A stretch of DNA of 64,000 bases, taken from Bacillota bacterium. GTDB lineage: Bacteria; Bacillota; Clostridia; Christensenellales; SZUA-584. The notes under the pieces were generated by a model, which saw nothing but the letters and a program-made list of their open reading frames with translations, had not been told where the DNA came from and did not search any database. Shown one piece after another: positions 58,314-64,000 of the stretch (positions are counted from its first letter, which is position 1; every line of letters starts with the position of its first letter). The stretch is taken from NCBI GenBank assembly GCA_023391105.1, contig JAEWBO010000013.1, positions 10,433 to 74,432 of the forward strand, given 5' to 3'. Position numbers and translations under genes: made by a program.

Positions 58314-58799
58314 TTATAGGTCATCCAAACAAATAATTTTACTGCCTTTACTTTCATAATAGCGCAGCATTTCGTCAATTTTTCTTTTATCATAACTGGT
58401 TACGCAATCTGATAAGACACTAACGCCATAATTTACTTTGCATAAGTTGTAACAGGTTGATTTAACACAAGCAACAGCATCTGCTCCTGCTATGAAGAAA
58501 TCACATATTTCATTTTTACTAATAAAGTCTGTAAATTCTTCACTGCTTAATGCGTTTCCTTTGTATTTTGTAAAAACATTTTTTGATACTATTATCAAGT
58601 CTGAAGCTAATTCAGACCCATATGTATTGGGTTTAAGAGTCCTCGTGCCGGCTGACAAATTTTCATGCCTTATATAAATAACATGAATACTATTATTGAC
58701 TGCCCAATCAATAGCTTTATTGATATTGCCAATTATGTGTTTGTAATTCTTTGTTATGTCATTTTGAATATCGATTATTACTAAGGCTTTTTTCTGCAT
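58314..58799 (-). CDS. isochorismatase-family cysteine hydrolase
   Basis: ALVIIDIQND start. The catalytic Cys is in the GADAVACV context. ATG at 58799 after GGAGGA. Confidence 0.85.
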   Translation of the reverse strand: MQKKALVIIDIQNDITKNYKHIIGNINKAIDWAVNNSIHVIYIRHENLSAGTRTLKPNTYGSELASDLIIVSKNVFTKYKGNALSSEEFTDFISKNEICDFFIAGADAVACVKSTCYNLCKVNYGVSVLSDCVTSYDKRKIDEMLRYYESKGSKIICLDDL

Positions 58800-58919
58800 A
58801 GTGTTTCCTCCTAATAGGTAGATTGATTTGTTTGCCTTTTTACTATACTTTATAATTGTTGCCAACAGTATGGCAACAATCTATAATGATTACAAGGAAT
58901 TTTGGAAGGCCGCTATCAG

Positions 58920-59852
58920 ATGAAAGTTGACAGGCTTGTTAGTATTATTATGATACTCCTTGATAAAAAGCGTATAGGCGCACAGGAGTTAGCCGATATG
59001 TTTGAAGTTTCACCCCGCACAATCTACCGCGACATAGACACTATCAACATGGCGGGTATTCCTGTTCGCGGGGCGTCGGGAGTGGGCGGCGGCTTTGAAA
59101 TCATGCAGAAATACAAGATTGATAGAAAGGTTTTTTCGACTGCCGACCTTTCTGCTATCTTGATGGGGCTTTCCAGTCTTTCCAACATGATACGAGGTGA
59201 TGACCTGGTAAACGCCCTTGCGAAAGTCAAGAGCTTTATCCCCGCCGACAGGGCGAAAGACATTGAATTAAAAGCAAATCAAATACTTATAGATTTAAGT
59301 CCGTGGATGGGCAACAGGAACATACAACCATATTTAGAAATTATCAAAACAGCTTTACAGGAAAGCAAGCTGCTTTCGTTTGAATATGCAGACCGCTACG
59401 GTAATAGAACCGCGCGAACAGCCGAGCCGTATCAGCTTGTATTGAAAAGTAGTCATTGGTATTGGCAAGGGTATCGCCATAAAAGAAATGATTATCGCTT
59501 ATTCAAACTATCCCGCACATCAAACCTACAAATGCAAGAGGAATTTTTTACGCCACGAGATTATCAAAAACCGCAGTTAGATTTTACTGATATTTTGGAA
59601 ACTATGCAAACAAAAATCAAAATACGTATTCATAAATCCGTCATGGAAAGGGTACTTGATTATTGCACTTATGAACACTTTTCGCCAGACGGTGATGAGC
59701 ATTGCATTGTTAGTTTTCCTTTCATAGAGAACGAATACTACTATAATATTCTTTTCAGTTTTGGGGATAAATGCGAGTGTTTAGAGCCGTTACATATCCG
59801 CACGGAAATGAAGCGCAGAATACACGATATAGCAACCATATACGAAAGCTAA
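58920..59852 (+). CDS. YafY-family transcriptional regulator (HTH + WYL domain)
   Basis: MKVDRLVSIIMILLDKKRIGAQELADMFEVSPRTIYRDID is the HTH part. HWYWQGY marks the WYL domain. It is divergent from the isochorismatase gene. Confidence 0.85.
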   Translation: MKVDRLVSIIMILLDKKRIGAQELADMFEVSPRTIYRDIDTINMAGIPVRGASGVGGGFEIMQKYKIDRKVFSTADLSAILMGLSSLSNMIRGDDLVNALAKVKSFIPADRAKDIELKANQILIDLSPWMGNRNIQPYLEIIKTALQESKLLSFEYADRYGNRTARTAEPYQLVLKSSHWYWQGYRHKRNDYRLFKLSRTSNLQMQEEFFTPRDYQKPQLDFTDILETMQTKIKIRIHKSVMERVLDYCTYEHFSPDGDEHCIVSFPFIENEYYYNILFSFGDKCECLEPLHIRTEMKRRIHDIATIYES

Positions 59853-60110
59853 TACATGGAGTAAGACGAAACAGACTGCCCTACCTCTTTAATCCATAGA
59901 GACAGCGGCTGGTGGTATTATTTACATATGCTTATATTCTCTTAATGATACCGAGCACACGGACACCATCCCAGCGGAATATGTCATGCACCACTTGGCC
60001 TGCTCACCGTCAACTAAAAGTTCGCCATCTTTGTTCTTGGTATGGCCTAACCTTTAGCTTATATTATAAACATTATGGGAAGTTCGTATCATCGACTAAT
60101 CTGAACAAAA

Positions 60111-61106
60111 TCAGGACCTCATCCTAGCGCTTTCATCTCCACAAACAGCAAAGAATAGCGTTGCTGCGGCAAACAAAAACCCGACAGCCAAAAACCATGG
60201 ACAAGTGTGGTGCAGCCCCAACGCAACAACCGCAGCGATACAGTACGCATACATGGCTGTCCAGAAGATGAGCATCGGCAAATTCCACTTTGTTACCGGC
60301 GCCATTCTCAATTTTTTACGACAGGTTTGAATCGATATCACGATGACCATCGTTGACCAAAGTGCAATGAAGGCAATACAAGAGAACCAATCGTTTGTAA
60401 TGGCATTGAGGCCCAGCGCGGCAAGGCTGCCAAGCGAGGTAATGATGATGGCGCAAAAAGCGATCAGGAACATCCAGCCGGTCTGCCTGGCGAAATTGTT
60501 TTCATCAACCCGTTCATTTTTACGAAGAATCAGCCAGACCACCGCAGGTGTTTCAATCATATAGCCCAGGAAGTTTACCCATATTACGCTCATAAAAGTG
60601 CTTTGCGTGATTTGGGTGTTGATGGGTTTTCCCGCCCATGTCCAGAACCCTCCGCCAAGACGGATGGCTACCACATCGAGCAGAATGTCCATGGTGACAA
60701 TAAACATCCCGGCTGACAGTGCGGTCAGCACTTTACCGAACCCAAGCTTTTTCGCCAGTTTCATTCCATACACCGTAAGGCCGCCCCACATAAAACCGCC
60801 GAACAGCGGGAACTGCTTTGGCACATGGCCGAGATTCAGCCAGAACTCTGGATTGTAAAAATAAATGTCCGTAGCTGACACCGCCATCAATTCCATTGAA
60901 AAGCCCACCAGTGCTGCCGTGCCGAACGCAAAAATATAGTTATAGTCGTTTTTACGGAATAAATCTACAAGCATAGTTGCCACAATGATGTAGCACATCA
61001 GTTCAAATCCATTTAACCAGTTCAATGTTTTGATCCTTTCAAAACGGTTAATTTGGTATACACTCTTTACGGCATGGGTGTTATAAAACTTTCTTGTATG
61101 GTGCAA
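60111..61106 (-). CDS. polytopic membrane protein of unknown function (~9 TM)
   Basis: 331-aa ORF overlapping the upstream flavoprotein gene by 26 nt. The start is uncertain (alternative ATG at 60998). Confidence 0.65.
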   Translation of the reverse strand: MHHTRKFYNTHAVKSVYQINRFERIKTLNWLNGFELMCYIIVATMLVDLFRKNDYNYIFAFGTAALVGFSMELMAVSATDIYFYNPEFWLNLGHVPKQFPLFGGFMWGGLTVYGMKLAKKLGFGKVLTALSAGMFIVTMDILLDVVAIRLGGGFWTWAGKPINTQITQSTFMSVIWVNFLGYMIETPAVVWLILRKNERVDENNFARQTGWMFLIAFCAIIITSLGSLAALGLNAITNDWFSCIAFIALWSTMVIVISIQTCRKKLRMAPVTKWNLPMLIFWTAMYAYCIAAVVALGLHHTCPWFLAVGFLFAAATLFFAVCGDESARMRS

Positions 61107-62409
61107 TCATCCCTTCGTTCAATTTGTTACCCATTTTAGCTTTTATCTTTGGCGAAGATATAAGGGCACCTACAAGATACATCTTTAATGCGGTTCCGAG
61201 TTTCTTTTGCGGAAAGTCGTAAAGCCCATGTTTTTTATAGAACCGATGATCCGCTTTCATCATACCGCGCATCAGCCAAATCAGGTCCCTGAAAATTTTC
61301 ATTCCGCCAACACCATAGAAATTCTTCGGTTGTATGTACTTATGTGTTATTGCATAATCAAGCCTTTGGGCAAGCCTGTCTATTTCCGCATCCGGATCTG
61401 TTTCATCACTCGCAACCCCGGCAAGAAAATTCACTCCGACCTCACTTCTGCCTTCAATAATCATCTGCAGATTAGACTCTGACGGGTAATTTCCACTAAT
61501 CAGATATCCTGTCGGTTTTCCCATAGTCACTGCTCTATGACCATTACAGAACTGCCTGTCATCATACATCTTAAAAATAGAACCCATGGAATGATCCTTA
61601 ATGGAAAATGCGTAAATGATGGCATCCGCTGTCTGAATTTCGTTGCGCAGGAAATCATCAAAACCATCCTTATAAAAGCATTTACCTGTTGACGCACAAT
61701 TAAAGCAACCTAAACACCCTCCGCTAAAAGGATACTCTGCAATATTAACAATTCGGCTCTTATACTTAAGAACTGCTCTGAACCTGTTAATCATAGCATT
61801 AAGCTGTTTGTCACCCTTACCACAATCTGTAACTATAACTATGTCACCGCTCTTTTCTTCCAGAATGGACGCACATGAACGAACCGGAAGATGCTTTGGA
61901 GCCGCTTGACACTTTGGAAGGGTTTCATATACATCGTGCTCCATACTCCACAACACATATTCAAAAAACTCTTTAGCGGTTTTCTGTCCGTCTTCAGTCA
62001 AGAGATCATCCATATCTGCAGACAATCCCTTAATAAATTTCATCCCCATATCCTGGCAGTTTTCCTGAATATACTTGTGTGCAGTCACATCGTAAAAGTG
62101 CTTGGAAGTGGTAATCTGCGTAGCAAATTTTCCTGACAAATGAATGCCGGATTCTTTTAATAGCTCTATAAACCGATGCAATTGGCTCGGTGCAATAAAG
62201 GTATAAACAGGATAAGAAAAAATAATCATATCCGCACCTGATATTGCTTCAGCTGCAGCTGAAAAATCTTTTTCATAAGATTTAATGCGCTGACCAACAT
62301 TAACAAACTGAAATTTATGCTCAGGATACTTTTTTTCTAAATATATTGAGGTATGCAGCGTAATACTAAATTTACCTTTAGGGCTTCCGTTTAAGACTAG
62401 AACTTTCAT
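61081..62409 (-). CDS. tandem flavodoxin-fold NAD(P)H-oxidoreductase-like protein; second domain has an Isf-type Cys motif
   Basis: ATG at 62409 after GAGGAGG. MKVLVLNGSPKG starts domain 1. GCLGCFNCASTGKC (Cx2Cx2Cx5C) is in domain 2. Confidence 0.75.
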   Translation of the reverse strand: MKVLVLNGSPKGKFSITLHTSIYLEKKYPEHKFQFVNVGQRIKSYEKDFSAAAEAISGADMIIFSYPVYTFIAPSQLHRFIELLKESGIHLSGKFATQITTSKHFYDVTAHKYIQENCQDMGMKFIKGLSADMDDLLTEDGQKTAKEFFEYVLWSMEHDVYETLPKCQAAPKHLPVRSCASILEEKSGDIVIVTDCGKGDKQLNAMINRFRAVLKYKSRIVNIAEYPFSGGCLGCFNCASTGKCFYKDGFDDFLRNEIQTADAIIYAFSIKDHSMGSIFKMYDDRQFCNGHRAVTMGKPTGYLISGNYPSESNLQMIIEGRSEVGVNFLAGVASDETDPDAEIDRLAQRLDYAITHKYIQPKNFYGVGGMKIFRDLIWLMRGMMKADHRFYKKHGLYDFPQKKLGTALKMYLVGALISSPKIKAKMGNKLNEGMIAPYKKVL

Positions 62410-62640
62410 GCTTTTCCTCCTCATGCATCACCTGTTCATTTTATCTCAATAATTTCTTTTGATTAAACTATTTTTCTCTTTATATCATTTGAACATATCA
62501 GGCCCTTTTCATATGCTCACTCATTTAGCCGTGACATCAATACCATGCACCCCACGTGGTTCGAGTTGATGGAATTGATATCTGGGGGCTATTTTTATTA
62601 TATGTGCTCACGGGAACATATCAATAGTTTCTTGTTGTTT

Positions 62641-62759
62641 TGGTCACCGTCTATGAGGACAAATTCACCGTGAAATTCGAATCCTGGGTAACGGTGGATG
62701 TAATGAATAAGATTGAAAAGTAATCAAGGCACTCTATGAAATGATCGTAGGGTGCCTTG
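62641..62759 (+). repeat. repeat copy C: fragment VTVYEDKFTVKFESWVTVDVMNKIEK* plus AAGGCAC hairpin
   Basis: Same module as copy A, in direct orientation 6.6 kb away. The hairpin is at 62725-62759. Confidence 0.7.
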
Positions 62760-62816
62760 CCTCAATATGACTAAACTGAAATCCTTTCGCTTTGCGTTAT
62801 GCCAATTATGCAATAT

Positions 62817-63518
62817 TTAGCCTGCCGGATAATAAACGCCCCCGTGATAGCAGTAATAAGTTTTAGCTTTCATTAATAATACTTTCTCCATAGATCTTGT
62901 CGCCTGTTCAAGGTCCAACGTAAACTGCGGGTTTGCAATTACAGGCTTACCATCCTCCAGCGCAATCACATCACCCGTTATGATAATTGAATCTTTTTCT
63001 ATAAGAAGCGAAATATGGCCTGGGGTATGCCCTGGCGTCGCAAGAATACTGCATCCTTCACACCAATCCATACGATCTCCGTCACTCAAAAAAATGTCTA
63101 CCTCAACCGGCTCGACCCGACGCAGCATATCACAAAACGCCTTACCAAAATCCTGCTGCTCTGGTTGAAGTGTTTTCTGCATTTCTTCTGCTTGGCGCAG
63201 CCGCAACGGTTTTTCCTGAGCAGAAATAAACGGTGCTTCTACAGCAGAAGCATATATTTTTATATTTGGATTTATCCTTTTGAGGGCGGCTGCCGCCCCC
63301 ATATGGTCATGATCATGATGGGTCAGCACAAGGCCGGTTATTTGCTCTGCTGACATTCCGTGTCTTAGAAGCTCCTTTTGAAGGATGGAGAGTGACCCGA
63401 TAAAACCACAATCTACAAGAATTATGTTATGCTTATCCAAAAGCAAGGTTGGATAAACCGAATTTTCGGTATTTCCAAATGGCATAGTTATTGGAAAATT
63501 CAAGATCTTGTACTCCAT
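62817..63518 (-). CDS. MBL-fold metallo-hydrolase
   Basis: THHDHDHMG (HxHxDH) motif, and later TPGHTPGH. Confidence 0.85.
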   Translation of the reverse strand: MEYKILNFPITMPFGNTENSVYPTLLLDKHNIILVDCGFIGSLSILQKELLRHGMSAEQITGLVLTHHDHDHMGAAAALKRINPNIKIYASAVEAPFISAQEKPLRLRQAEEMQKTLQPEQQDFGKAFCDMLRRVEPVEVDIFLSDGDRMDWCEGCSILATPGHTPGHISLLIEKDSIIITGDVIALEDGKPVIANPQFTLDLEQATRSMEKVLLMKAKTYYCYHGGVYYPAG

Positions 63519-63676
63519 AATATTCGGTGTACTCCTCTCATTTTTGATAACAAATGATAAGTGGTCTAAATTGCTTTTAAGTGAATTTTAGGCCCACCAA
63601 GTCTCATATAAAAGGGGTTTATATTAACGTCATCCAACCTGCTCTCTCGCCCTCAGAAAATCAGAAAATTTATTTC

Positions 63677-64000
63677 TTATTGACTCTTCTCAGAGCTGCG
63701 CTTATCGCTAATAGTCTTCATGTGGCATTCATCTATCGTTGATATATCATTTTCCTTCGCCCAATTAACGCAGCCTTGCAATGCCGTTCGTAAAAATACC
63801 CTGGGAACTTTGACAAGCATTTGACACGCCTCTTTTGTAAATTGAACGGATGGATCAATTCGGTTTGCAGCAAACCAAACTGTATCAACGTTCGATTCTT
63901 TTCCTGCAGGGATAGGTTGCGCTATTGGACGTCGAAATTGCGAATACCAGAAATGAGTATTGTCACGATAGCCGTAATCTACAGGGACGTTCGGGAAGCT
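63677..64000 (-). CDS. 3' part of a gene running in from the right edge; the C-terminus resembles a PCP-reductase-like (protochlorophyllide reductase subunit C-terminal-type) domain
   Basis: My translation: ...PVDYGYRDNTHFWYSQFRRP...FTKEACQMLVKVPRVFLRTALQGCVNWAKENDISTIDECHM...*. Stop at 63677-63679. Confidence 0.5.
   Translation of the reverse strand, partial: SFPNVPVDYGYRDNTHFWYSQFRRPIAQPIPAGKESNVDTVWFAANRIDPSVQFTKEACQMLVKVPRVFLRTALQGCVNWAKENDISTIDECHMKTISDKRSSEKSQ

Noticed and set aside
62558-62565. GGTTCGAG, resembling a tRNA T-loop.
   Set aside because: The flanks cannot form a T-stem, an acceptor stem or an anticodon arm, so it is not a tRNA.

Overview
This 64-kb chromosomal segment looks like a spore-forming, anaerobic Firmicutes/Clostridia genome. 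Markers are two alpha/beta-type SASPs, Tlp, Rex, RNase Y, nadD-yqeK-rsfS, an [FeFe]-hydrogenase and a galTKE operon. About 60 protein genes are supported, mostly on the minus strand. I saw no rRNA, tRNA or CRISPR. Most of the window is housekeeping mixed with accessory redox, envelope and regulatory genes. The most notable item is a translationally coupled two-gene module at 26370-28776. It encodes a family 2A encapsulin shell protein and a SufS-type cysteine desulfurase that carries an extra ~80-aa N-terminal extension, the expected cargo-loading region. That points to a sulfur-mobilising protein nanocompartment in a clostridial anaerobe, without the usual rhodanese or CysE neighbours. Other items worth a second look: (1) a three-gene [FeFe]-hydrogenase operon whose NuoF-like subunit is fused to a GltD/NfnB-like NADPH module, whose HydA has TSCSPGW instead of TSCCPxW and a ~90-aa C-terminal tail, and which sits next to a pseudo-receiver response regulator; (2) a thioredoxin-reductase-like protein lacking both NADPH-binding signatures; (3) an extreme low-complexity protein (RGG/RFP repeats, Cys repeats, acidic DM tail) downstream of an orphan split acyl-CoA-dehydratase-activase-like operon; (4) a three-copy degenerate repeat (gene 3'-end fragment plus AAGGCAC hairpin) bracketing a ~6.6-kb accessory block; (5) real-looking small ORFs below the 60-aa cutoff of the supplied track, including a clear SASP. 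All family assignments come from motif reading only. No database search was run.
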